A stretch of DNA of 64,000 nt from Adineta vaga (taxonomy: Eukaryota > Animalia > Rotifera), in NCBI GenBank assembly GCA_021613535.1, contig CP075494.1:4712001-4776000 (forward strand), read 5' to 3'. The position numbers and the translations under genes are program-made. Under the pieces are notes generated by a model. That model made no database searches, had not been told where the DNA came from, and worked only from the letters and a program-made list of their open reading frames with translations. Below, piece by piece: positions 13,351-23,371 of this stretch (its first letter is position 1; each line of letters begins with the position of its first letter).

Positions 13351-13910
13351 TACAGTTTAAAGAATAAGAACTCTTGTGTTGTTTGATGAAAGTCGCATAA
13401 TTCAGAGGCTCTACCTTCTCTTTACACAAAAAAACAGAGATAAGAAGAATGGTGAGATAACTTTCAAATTCATTATACCCTGTATCTGCACAGATATATT
13501 TATTGATGAAACATGTTTTTTCTTTTTCAAAGTAAATGACGAAAAAATAATATTTTGATTTATGTTTATGTAAAGAATATGACCATCGATATTTCATTAG
13601 TCTCGAAATAAATAAAAAATAAAAAGGTTGTCGATTCTTATATTTTTATTCTATACATCAATACAGTGATTTAACAAATCAAAAATAAATGGTTCTCTTC
13701 TACTGTGTATGCATTTATCTAGTCCGCTCCGCAATCAAAACAGTACGATCGATATTATGTTTTTTTCTCTTTCTCGTTCTGTTAGAGGGTATATACAGTC
13801 AAGCAAATACATGATAACATTTGCCACTGTATATTCACATACAGTCCATATATGAGATAGAAAAGTAACGTTAATACTTTTTTAGTATTGTCACCTATGT
13901 TAATCTTAGA

Positions 13911-14744
13911 ATGTCGATGAATAAAGAAAAACATTCAATTCTTGTCACTGGTGCTAATAGAGGCATTGGTTTCGTCGTAGTAAAAAAGCTTCTTGAAAAC
14001 TCATCGTCAAACAACACAACAATTCTTCTCGGTAGTCGTGATCTGAAACGTGGCCATGATGCATTGATACAGTTGAATTCTCCATCTAATGTTCATGTTC
14101 TTCAATTGGATACATCATCGCATGAAAGTATAATTCATGCCATCGATGAAATCAAACAAAATTATGGTGGTCATATAGATATTGTTATAAATAATGCAGC
14201 GATTTCAACAACAGAAATTAGTGTTCCTACTGCTCGTGAATTATTTGCAACGAATTATTATGGTATTAAAAAGTTAAATGAATATATTATTCCGCTTATG
14301 CAACCAAATGGTCGAATCATTAATGTTTCTAGTCGAGTTGGCTTGAATACATTACAAGAATCTTCTGAAGCTATTCAAGAGAAATTTACTTCTTCGACAT
14401 TAACTCAAGATCAACTTGATCAATTAGTTGAAGATTTCATTTCAGGCATAGAAACGAACAATCTGGAGAATCTTGGTTATAATTCCAAATCAAAGTTCTT
14501 TGTATATGGTGTTAGTAAAATGGCACTAAATACACTTACAAAAATTGAAGCACGTCAATGGTCCAATACAAAAAATTTACTTTTTCTCAGTGTTACACCT
14601 GGATTTTGTGCAACAGATATGACGAATCATGCTTCCGATGCTCGCTCAGCTGAAGCTGGTGCAGATTCTATTTTATACGTCGTTAATGCTCCTCAAAATG
14701 AATTACAAAATGGTGGATTTTATCGTGATGGACTACAATTGTAG
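13911..14744 (+). CDS. Short-chain dehydrogenase/reductase, carbonyl-reductase-like
   Basis: TGANRGIG Rossmann motif, NNAA, IINVSS, YGVSK (YxxxK) and VTPGFCATDM. No intron. Confidence 0.92.
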   Translation: MSMNKEKHSILVTGANRGIGFVVVKKLLENSSSNNTTILLGSRDLKRGHDALIQLNSPSNVHVLQLDTSSHESIIHAIDEIKQNYGGHIDIVINNAAISTTEISVPTARELFATNYYGIKKLNEYIIPLMQPNGRIINVSSRVGLNTLQESSEAIQEKFTSSTLTQDQLDQLVEDFISGIETNNLENLGYNSKSKFFVYGVSKMALNTLTKIEARQWSNTKNLLFLSVTPGFCATDMTNHASDARSAEAGADSILYVVNAPQNELQNGGFYRDGLQL

Positions 14745-15155
14745 ACTAATGACAATATTTTTTCCATATTTTTTACCGACAAACATTGTTTTTATTGTAC
14801 GTTTGTATGATTCTCTTCCTTTTGATTCATGGTGAGAATGTATGTAATCTTACCGTTGTTTGTGCAATAACGATGAAAGAACGCTCGTTACAATTGTGTC
14901 CATGTTTCATATTTGTCCTTGAGATAAACAATGATTGTTTTTGTATTTTTTATGGTTTTAGCAAATTGTACAAATATAATAAACCTAGGTTGAGCCCTTT
15001 TGTACTCAAATATATCTTTTTTTTATCCTTCGTATAAGATCATTATTCTTCTCGTTTGTACTTATTCGAGGCCAGGTGTGAAAATCTTCTCGATAAATAT
15101 CAAGTACAAAAGATCCAAGTATAAATAAACTTTGGTTGTAGGTTTTTGGTTAATA

Positions 15156-15620
15156 ATGGAGAAAAACGAGATTATCTGTCTGTTGGGTAATCATGGTTGT
15201 GGTAAATCAAATGTATCTCAATTGATCAATTCAAAGCAGGAAAATGGTAAGATCATTGCTATTGAAAATAATGACGAATTGGCGTCTCAATATGGTTTTG
15301 ATCCAAGTTCAATCACTAAATTGATATTTGAATATCCATTTGATGATGACAATTTCAAGAAAATCATCTTACCCGATCGAACATACAATAATCAACAAAT
15401 CTATTGGATTATTTTAGACTGTGACACTGAAATACTTCTGAAAAGAATTCCATTACGATCAAAACAAGATATTTGGCAAACACGAAAAGCATTACATTAT
15501 TATCAGCAACGTTATCGTCATTTGAGTGCTCATTTTGGTATACCATTTCTTGATACAACTCATTTGAATTCAGAACAAGTTGCTACTCAAATCCTTGATA
15601 TTATTCAAAAATATCCAAAT
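15156..15620 (+). other. Domain of fusion: P-loop nucleotide/shikimate-type kinase-like
   Basis: IICLLGNHGCGKS Walker A; WIILDCDTEILLKRI lid-like segment; PFLDTTHLNSEQVATQILDII C-terminal motif. Boundaries approximate. Confidence 0.65.
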
Positions 15621-18600
15621 TATTATCATTATTATCGTCAAATTGGTACACAAATTTTGACGTATGAAATAATTGAAAAAAATAATCTTGAAAATCATCT
15701 TTATCAGATTATTAAATCTGATTCAATTCCAGATTTACCTGAATATGTTGATGAATTTCCAATTATCGATCAACAAAAGTTATATACAAGATGGTATGTA
15801 ACTCATCATTCATTGGAAATCGATCACGAGAAGAATCTTCTTCGAATTGGAGTTTATAACTTATCAATTACAGGACCTATATTTAAACTTGTGATTGAAG
15901 GTGAATCAAAAAAGATCTATAAAGACATCAGTGGAAATCCAATAACAGAAAATTTAGCATTTATTGTATTGAAATCGACTATTTATTCCCATTCTAAGCA
16001 GATAACAGGAGAGATCAACACACTCGGATCCATTCGCGCATGTGGTTCTCAATTATTTTTGGAAATGATTTGGCGAAATGATTTAAAACATTCCTATCGT
16101 TCAATAAATTCCAATGGTATTATTATAAGTGATTTTGTTGATAAAATTTCTCCAATTGAAATTATTGTCAAACGATATTGTGAAGGAACCGATAAAAATT
16201 CATATTATGGAATTTTACAAAATGAAAATATCGTTTCATTGAATACCAATGAAGAATATCGATCTGGTCCTTATGTAAGATTTGATTGGAGGAATCCGAA
16301 TCATATTTCACCAACTACAAAGAGAGCATTGAGTGAAAATATATATTATTATATTTATGAACAATCAGTTGGTAAAGAAGAATTTTTCAAGAAAATTCTA
16401 TCAAATAAACAGTACGCAGTACCGGTAAGGAATGAATTGTCAAAAGATAGTTTTATCGATATGTTTTAGATGGGTGATAAAAATATCAGTGAAGATCTTC
16501 TAACTGATGTTATTGATATAAAACAAACAAGATTAGCAGTTTTAAAAATGTTTATGATCATTCAATCGTATTTTTCTCGTATTAATTTAATAATAAAAGA
16601 TGTTTGTTTTATGCTTGATGAAAATGGTGAACAATTCTGGAGTGAAATTAATCAAGATTGTATGAGAATTACAATGAAAGATGAGAATCAAACAAAATTT
16701 GATAAAGATATATGGCGTACAGGTGGAACATCATCATCTAAACAAATCTTACAGAAATGGAATGATTTTAATCAATTATTTCAAGAATATTTTCGAAAAA
16801 ATCGATTTCATCAAACAGAATTATTCAATTTTAATTCGTATTTCTATCAAGAAGAAATTTACCGATTATTAAGAGATAAAAATCTAACAATTCCAAAACA
16901 TTTACAACAGTTATGGTTAAATATTCAAGGTAAAACTCCTCGTCGAATTCTTGTGACTATGGATATGTTCAATGGACAACCAGTATTAGTCAAAAGTTCA
17001 CAAGTTTGTGAAATTCATAGTAATGGAGATTATCGACACGCAATAGAGAAACTTTCAATCTTTCCTGATATATTAATCGTTGATCTTGATGGTGCTTTTG
17101 GTGAGATCGATACAATGAATCGTCAAATTATTAAACAATTAGCTCAGAAATATTATGTTCATACAGGTGGTGGTTTACGATCGTTAACTGATCTTGAAGA
17201 AATGTTGAATTCAGGTATTCGTCGATGTGTAATGGCAAGTGGTGAAGATTCGCTGATTGAAAAGATGCCTAAAGATCGTTTGATTGTTGAAATTAGTATC
17301 AATGAACAAAATGAAGTACTTATTCATGGACGTCGAACAAATACACATGTGAATATCATGACGAGAATTCATCAATTGATTGCAATTGGTGTAAATGTCA
17401 TTAGTATTACTTTCGTTCAAACTGAAGGTCATTTATCGGGAATTCCTCGTCAACAAATACATGATTTGATTTTACAAATTCCACATGAAATGGAAAAAAT
17501 ATACATAGCTGGTGGAGTTAGTTCATTGGATGATTTGGATTATTTATGGTCATTTCCTCGTGTAATTCCAATACTTGGATCAGCGATATGGAAGAATAAA
17601 TTGACAATTGGAAATATTTATAATCGAATGATATACTTTGATGAAAATGGTCTTGTACCAGCGATTCTTCAAGATAGAAATGGATTAGTCAAAGGTTTAT
17701 GTTATATGAATGAAGAAGCAATCGATAAAACCTGTGAAAATCGAGTTTTATATCGATATTCAAGAAAATTACGACGCATAATTATGAAAGGTGAAACATC
17801 AGGTGATTTACAACAGATAATTCAACTTAGTCTCGATTGTGATTCTGATGCAATATTAGTTACTGTTGATTCACAGAAACCATTTTGTCACACAGGAAAT
17901 CATAGTTGTTTCGATATACAAACAAGTTCCAAATCTAATCTTGCTACTCTAGCTGATCATATTCAATCGCGAATGCTTACAAGTAGTTATACAGGAAAAA
18001 TACAACAGAATCCGTCATTAGCTTTAGTGAAAATCATGGAAGAATTTTGGGAAATTGTTGCTGCAAATCAAGATAATCAACTAGTAGAATGTAGTGATCT
18101 ACTTGTTCATTTGATAATGTATTTAAATGGAATAGGAGTATCGATTGAAGATGTTTATAATGAATTAAATCGACGAAGATGGATGGCAAGATGTTTGATG
18201 CCAACATTGATAGAAGAGAAATCAAAAGAAATTATCATTGGAATAACAAATTCTAAATATACGAATAAAACAGATGAATTTGCTGAAAAAGAATTAGGTA
18301 TACGAATCATTCGACAACCAGGTCGTAATCTTCATGTCAGTGGACAAATAGTTGATGGAGAAAAATTTTGTCAATATTTCGGTTCGGATACCAATTTTCA
18401 GTTTTCATTATTTCCAAGTAAACCAAAAGATATGAAATGGTTATTAGGAGCACAACGTGTAACACACATCATTACATTTGATACTATTATGAAGAATTAT
18501 CCGAAGATATATTCTCTTGTTCATGAAATAATTGATCCGACGATTTGTGTTGCATTTCTACGTCGACAAGGTGAAACTATTGAACCAGGAAAATGGACGA

Positions 18601-18887
18601 AGAAAAATAAAGCATTCATTGCTACTGAACATATCTGTCAAGTAACAAGATTTTTGGAAGAAAAAAATGTCAATCGAGAAACATATCATTTGGATAAAAT
18701 CACTGGATCATCAGAAGGATTTTTAGTCAATACAAAGAAATATTTATTGGCTGATGCAATTGTTGAAAGTGGAAGAACAGTGAAAGAAAATCAATTAGAA
18801 ATATGGAAAGTCATTGTACCAAGAGGAGAAATACACATTGGACTTTATGAATTTATCCATATGAAGAATATGAAGCAAGATGAATAG
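15156..18887 (+). CDS. Multifunctional fusion, ~1228 aa: P-loop kinase-like + SAICAR synthetase (PurC)-like + HisA + HisI (PRA-CH) + HisE (PRA-PH) + short HisG (ATP-PRT); 2 exons (15156-16424, 16470-18887)
   Basis: A 45-nt phase-0 GTAAGG...TTTTAG intron joins ORFs 15132 and 16470. Domain motifs are given in the sub-features below. Confidence 0.85.
15882..16780 (+). other. purC: Domain of fusion: SAICAR synthetase (PurC)-like ATP-dependent ligase
   Basis: IEGESKKIY, PIEIIVKRYCEGT, IIKDVCF, WSEINQDCMRI and FDKDIWR correspond to the PurC motifs EGK.K.IY, P.E.VVR...G, D.K.EF, DEI.PD..R and DKD.FR. Spans the intron; boundaries approximate. Confidence 0.75.
16938..17612 (+). other. hisA: Domain of fusion: HisA-like TIM barrel (ProFAR isomerase)
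   Basis: LVTMDMFNGQPVLV, IVDLDGAFG, TGGGLRS, TEGHLSG, IAGGVSSLDDL and ILGSAIW motifs. Confidence 0.8.
17631..18179 (+). other. hisIE: Domains of fusion: phosphoribosyl-AMP cyclohydrolase followed by phosphoribosyl-ATP pyrophosphohydrolase
   Basis: HisI motifs: FDENGLVPAILQD, YMNEEA, YSR, KGETSG, DCDSDA and CHTGNHSCF. HisE motifs: SSYT, KIMEEFWE, ECSDLLVHL and EDVYNELNRR. Confidence 0.92.
18231..18860 (+). other. hisG: Domain of fusion: short-form ATP phosphoribosyltransferase-like (no C-terminal regulatory domain)
   Basis: KPKDM, ITFDT, IATEH, GSSEG and LADAIVESGRTVKENQL resemble HisG R..DI, G.D, IATKY, GSVE and ADAIVD.V.TG.TL..NGL. The protein ends shortly afterwards. Confidence 0.75.
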
Positions 18888-19782
18888 ATTAGTAACAGAC
18901 AGAAAAAGAATTTTATTTATGCCTTTTTTTATCCATGTTTTCTAGCAACTTTGATGTATTATTCAAACAGGAAATTCATATTCGTATTCGTATTTTAAAG
19001 ACTTAGCTTTAAGTGATGAAACAATGAATCAAATCTTAAGGTTTCTTCACATTTCCTTTGATAATCAATCTTAGAAATAACAATTTAAGTTATTCCATTG
19101 AGAGGTTGTGTCCATCGTTGAAAATGATCGTATAAGATCAAAAATTTCGTTATTTCTATTAAATAGTGTCTGACTTGCTATTGTTATAACTAGTTCGATG
19201 TTAGAACATCAAATGACTGATAATTCTAGCAACATTATGTCAAAGTCTATATTCAAGTAACGATTGCTGATAACACATAAAATTGAAGAAGCATTGAAAG
19301 ACAGTGCACCAGCAAGTCATGATTGTCTTTACTTTGGGACAACTTTTATCAGCATCTCCTTTAGCAGATGAAAATACACAACAACTTTTAAGTAAACATG
19401 CATATGGCTAGAATCGACAGCTGATAATTAGGATTGAAATGGTCAAAGGTTTTGATGATGATGATACAATTCGTTGGACAATAGATGAGAAAGTTTCCAT
19501 TGCTATAATGCTCTGAAAAAGAATCTAAAATAATAACTTGATCTACTCTGAACAAAAACTACTATTCATTTAGTGTACGTTTTTTTATAGTGCTTTTTCT
19601 TATTCTGTAACTATATGTTGTCCATACAGATGACGTATAAGAGAACCACGTGTGTTTTTGTATATGCCGTGTTGCGAAAGGTTGTGCAATAGGTTATGAT
19701 AAGGAAAGAATATATATATATATATATTATTCTTACAAAACACATTACTTTGACGACATCGAGCGTATCAGCAGTTTATATT

Positions 19783-20838
19783 ATGGCTTGTACAGGAAAT
19801 AACACACTTGATGACAATAAATCTCCTACCGAAGTGGAAGTACTATTTGATGCCGTTGAAACAAATAATATAGCTGCTGTGGAGCGATTTACAAAAGATG
19901 AACTCAAACGTTTATGTCAAGTTCGTCATTTATTCGTTTCTGCATGGTCATCACCAGAAAAAGAAAAACAAACAGCTTATCAACGTGCTTGCCTTCTTGG
20001 TCGTACAAATATTGTCCAATGCATGTTAAATGCAGGTGTTCAAGTCGATCAAATTTATGCAGGTGGTAATTCAGGATACACAATGCGTGGCGCGTTTCTT
20101 TTTGCTTGTCAATCACGTTCCATGCCAACTATATTTGCACTACTCAATGCAGGTACACCCATCGAAGAATTAGGCTCATGTTCTCTCAGTCATGCTGACA
20201 TTTTTATACCTGGTGTTTCATTTCAAAACCTTTCAGCCTCTTGGGAAAATATCTATCCAATTCACTTTGCTATCGTTGATAATAATTTGGAATTATTACA
20301 AAAATTACTTACATCTCATACAAACAAGTTGCTTACAATTCATTGTTTTACTCCTTTGCATATCGCATGTCTTTTCAATCGATCAATCACCATGATTGAC
20401 CTATTACTTTCATATGGAAATGCAAATGAAGCAATCATAGCTAAAACAAGTAGTAATAAGTTTCCTGATCAGTTAGCTACTGATCAAATAATCATTGATT
20501 ATCTTCGACCTACACGTCTGTTGGCCTATGCAGAAATGGAGAAAAAACGTCAGCAAGATGAGGCGAATGATTTGAAGTTACTTGAAGAAGGAGTCAGCTT
20601 TCAAATATTTATTTTAACTCTAACTGGTAAAACATTGACAATGATTGTTAAAGGAGAAGACACTGTCGAGGTTTTAAAAGAGAAAATTGATGGCAAAGAA
20701 AATATTCCATCTGACCGTCAGCGAATTATCTATGCTGGAAAGGAACTTCAAAATGGCCGTACACTTTCTGACTATGATATTACTAAACATGTGAATCTCC
20801 ATCTTGTTATAAATTTAAATGGCGGATATACACATTGA
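19783..20838 (+). CDS. Ankyrin-repeat protein with C-terminal ubiquitin-like domain ending LNGG-YTH
   Basis: Ankyrin motifs TAYQRAC, YPIHFAI and TPLHIAC. The C-terminal [12 protein letters not shown]...[30 protein letters not shown] aligns with ubiquitin. Probable start ATG 19783. Confidence 0.9.
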   Translation: MACTGNNTLDDNKSPTEVEVLFDAVETNNIAAVERFTKDELKRLCQVRHLFVSAWSSPEKEKQTAYQRACLLGRTNIVQCMLNAGVQVDQIYAGGNSGYTMRGAFLFACQSRSMPTIFALLNAGTPIEELGSCSLSHADIFIPGVSFQNLSASWENIYPIHFAIVDNNLELLQKLLTSHTNKLLTIHCFTPLHIACLFNRSITMIDLLLSYGNANEAIIAKTSSNKFPDQLATDQIIIDYLRPTRLLAYAEMEKKRQQDEANDLKLLEEGVSFQIFILTLTGKTLTMIVKGEDTVEVLKEKIDGKENIPSDRQRIIYAGKELQNGRTLSDYDITKHVNLHLVINLNGGYTH

Positions 20839-20879
20839 GAATATTTTTTTTGTCATTATTTCATTCTAGATTAATTTTT

Positions 20880-21839
20880 ATGCAAGTGATGAACCAAAGC
20901 GTCGAAGATCTACCCGATGAATTATTCTTGTATATTTTCACTTTTCTCCAACCTAAAGATCTTTTTAATGGATGGTATAATTTAAATTATCGTATCAATA
21001 CAATTGTGTGTTCAACTCACATTCATATTACCATCAAAGATAATGATGATTTCAATGGTTTCCTGCCTTATTTCAAACACTTTTCTTCACAAATTACACA
21101 TCTGAAAGATGAACGTTTCTTTCCAAATCCTAAGATTGACCTATGTTCATTACCTAACATTCAATTTCTCTATTTAACGCAATGTTCAAACGAACAACTT
21201 CAAAATATTCATCCTAACAATCAGTCTTATTTAACTCATTGTTTTTTGTTATCAGCAACATGGCAATTCTATGAGAGAATTCTTTTTGGACAACCGCGTT
21301 TTCCTCATCTTATGTCAATTGGTTGCCCAAGAAGTGGTTCTATTTATCTACTAAATGTAACGCATGCTACGAATAAAATAATTCGTCGCCTTCACCTACA
21401 ATCAGCATCACCAGAAATTCTTTATAAATTTATTGAATATCTTCCGTGTATTACTTCATTGATAATTAATTATTTCTATGAAAATAATTCATCTTCTCCA
21501 ACATTATTTACAAATTCAAAGATTCATCGTTTAACTATTGTTCATCCATTATCATCTCAACTGTGTTTCGACCAGCTTCTCTCGTCAGTTGGATTTCCTG
21601 AACTCATTTATCTTCGTATAACATTCGGTATGTGCGACTTTCAAGAATTAGCTTGTATTCTGACAAAATTCTCGCGTTTAAAACATTTTATTCTTCAAGT
21701 GAATACATTCACTCCAGATTTCAATTTAAATGCTACTCGTCTTATAAGTTCTTGGTTTACATCATTGAATTATAAACGCTTTGTCAATAAATCGAAGGAT
21801 GAGCAAGCTGTTCTAATTAGCAACACCCAGATATATTGA
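20880..21839 (+). CDS. F-box-like/LRR protein
   Basis: VEDLPDELFLYIFTFL..KDLFNGWYNLNYRIN F-box motif followed by LRR-like LxxL repeats. Confidence 0.8.
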   Translation: MQVMNQSVEDLPDELFLYIFTFLQPKDLFNGWYNLNYRINTIVCSTHIHITIKDNDDFNGFLPYFKHFSSQITHLKDERFFPNPKIDLCSLPNIQFLYLTQCSNEQLQNIHPNNQSYLTHCFLLSATWQFYERILFGQPRFPHLMSIGCPRSGSIYLLNVTHATNKIIRRLHLQSASPEILYKFIEYLPCITSLIINYFYENNSSSPTLFTNSKIHRLTIVHPLSSQLCFDQLLSSVGFPELIYLRITFGMCDFQELACILTKFSRLKHFILQVNTFTPDFNLNATRLISSWFTSLNYKRFVNKSKDEQAVLISNTQIY

Positions 21840-21939
21840 TATTTACATTTTTTTATATCTCTATTTTCTAAGGAATAATTTGTTAAGATAATCATTTAAT
21901 CCTTTTCAATTAGTATGGTGTTGTGAAAATAAATTGATC

Positions 21940-22223
21940 TATTTCATTCGTTATACCTAGTAACATACTGATTAAAATTCCTTTCAATCCTTTTCAATAA
22001 GAATCTCTTTCATCATATGAACCAATTATCAATAAAACTATTTATATTAATTTAAAAAATCGAGGTTAAATTGATTTTTTTTAACAAAGAACAAAATATT
22101 AAAAACTTCTTTGTTTAGGTTAGACGACAACTAATAACCCATCATGAGTTAGGTGATTCTTGTATTTTACTTTAAACCGTCATTCACTTTATCTTTATAC
22201 TAAAACAAACATACAATAATAGA
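21940..22223. repeat. Inverted copy of the 9031-9310 non-coding repeat
   Basis: Reverse-complement matches as listed for 9031-9310. Confidence 0.8.
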
Positions 22224-22397
22224 TGAGAATATCTTCATTATCTTTTTCGTACTAAAAGAATTCACTTGACTAAAAGCTATAAAATAAAAAAATAAACATA
22301 TTAAAAGAATATGATTTCTTACTTTCCAGGTCAAATGGACTCTATTCGAAATTATACCGATACTCCCCTTACCAAAAGGTTTTTTTACCCTTCTATC

Positions 22398-23060
22398 AAA
22401 TCGTGAATGCTTACAAGTAGTTATACAGGAAAAATACAACAGAATCCGTCATTAGCTTTAGTGAAAATCATGGAAGAATTTTGGGAAATTGTTGCTGCAT
22501 ATCAAGATAATCAACTAGTAGAATGTAGTGATCTACTTGTTCATTTGATAATGTATTTAAATGGAATAGGAATATCGATTGAAGATGTTTATAATGAATT
22601 AAATCGACGAAGATGGATGGCAAGATGTTTGATGCCAACATTGATAGAAGAGAAATCAAAAGAAATTATCATTGGAATTACAAATTCTACATATACCAAT
22701 AAAACAGATCAATTTGCTATAAAAACAATATTTCGGTTCGGATACCAATTTTCAGTTTTCATTATTTCCAAGTAAACCAAAAGATATGAAATGGTTATTA
22801 GGAGCACAACGTGTAACACACATCATTACATATGATTTCATCTGATCATCAGAAGGATTTTTAGTCAATACAAACAAATATTTATTGGTTGTTGCCACTG
22901 TTAAAAGTAGAAGAACAAAAAAAAGGATATCAATTAGTAATATGGAGAGTTAATGTAGCAAAAAGAAAGGAGAAATACATATTGGACTTTATGAATATAT
23001 TCATATGATAAATACTATGCAAAATGAATGAAGAAATTGACAGAACGAAAAAGATTTTTA
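22398..23060 (+). pseudogene. Truncated duplicate of the 3' (HisE-HisG) part of the His/Pur fusion gene
   Basis: 22405-22720 is near-identical to 17971-18290. After that come two internal deletions, frameshifts and increasing divergence up to the old stop/3' UTR. Confidence 0.9.
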
Positions 23061-23371
23061 TGTAAGTGAGTAATATATAAGAATAAATCATTTCGTTCTT
23101 CGTCATCGCATGTCGTATTGAATTACATAGCGTCTCAAAGAAAATACATTATTCACAAAAACTCATTTTTTGCTTTGAATTTACTTCTAATAAAACGTTT
23201 TCTTTTTACCGTTACCTTCTTTTTAAATAATAAAACTTCTATTTAGTGTCTCAAAGTGAATACATCTCGCTATATACCTCAGTCAACGATGAATAATACT
23301 CTTATTTATATAAGATAACAGGTATGCTGTATATCGAACACATTCATATTCATTATTTTCGTCGACAAAGA

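Noticed and set aside
15132-16469. Treating ORFs 15132-16469 and 16470-18887 as two genes
   Set aside because: The PurC-like domain straddles the boundary, and a canonical 45-nt intron removes the stop in frame.
19150-19520. Coding-like fragments between the fusion gene and the ankyrin gene
   Set aside because: Multiple stops and no family I can recognise.
19630-19655. CRE-like TGACGT and E-box CACGTG upstream of the ankyrin gene
   Set aside because: Short motifs expected by chance; cannot be supported without conservation data.
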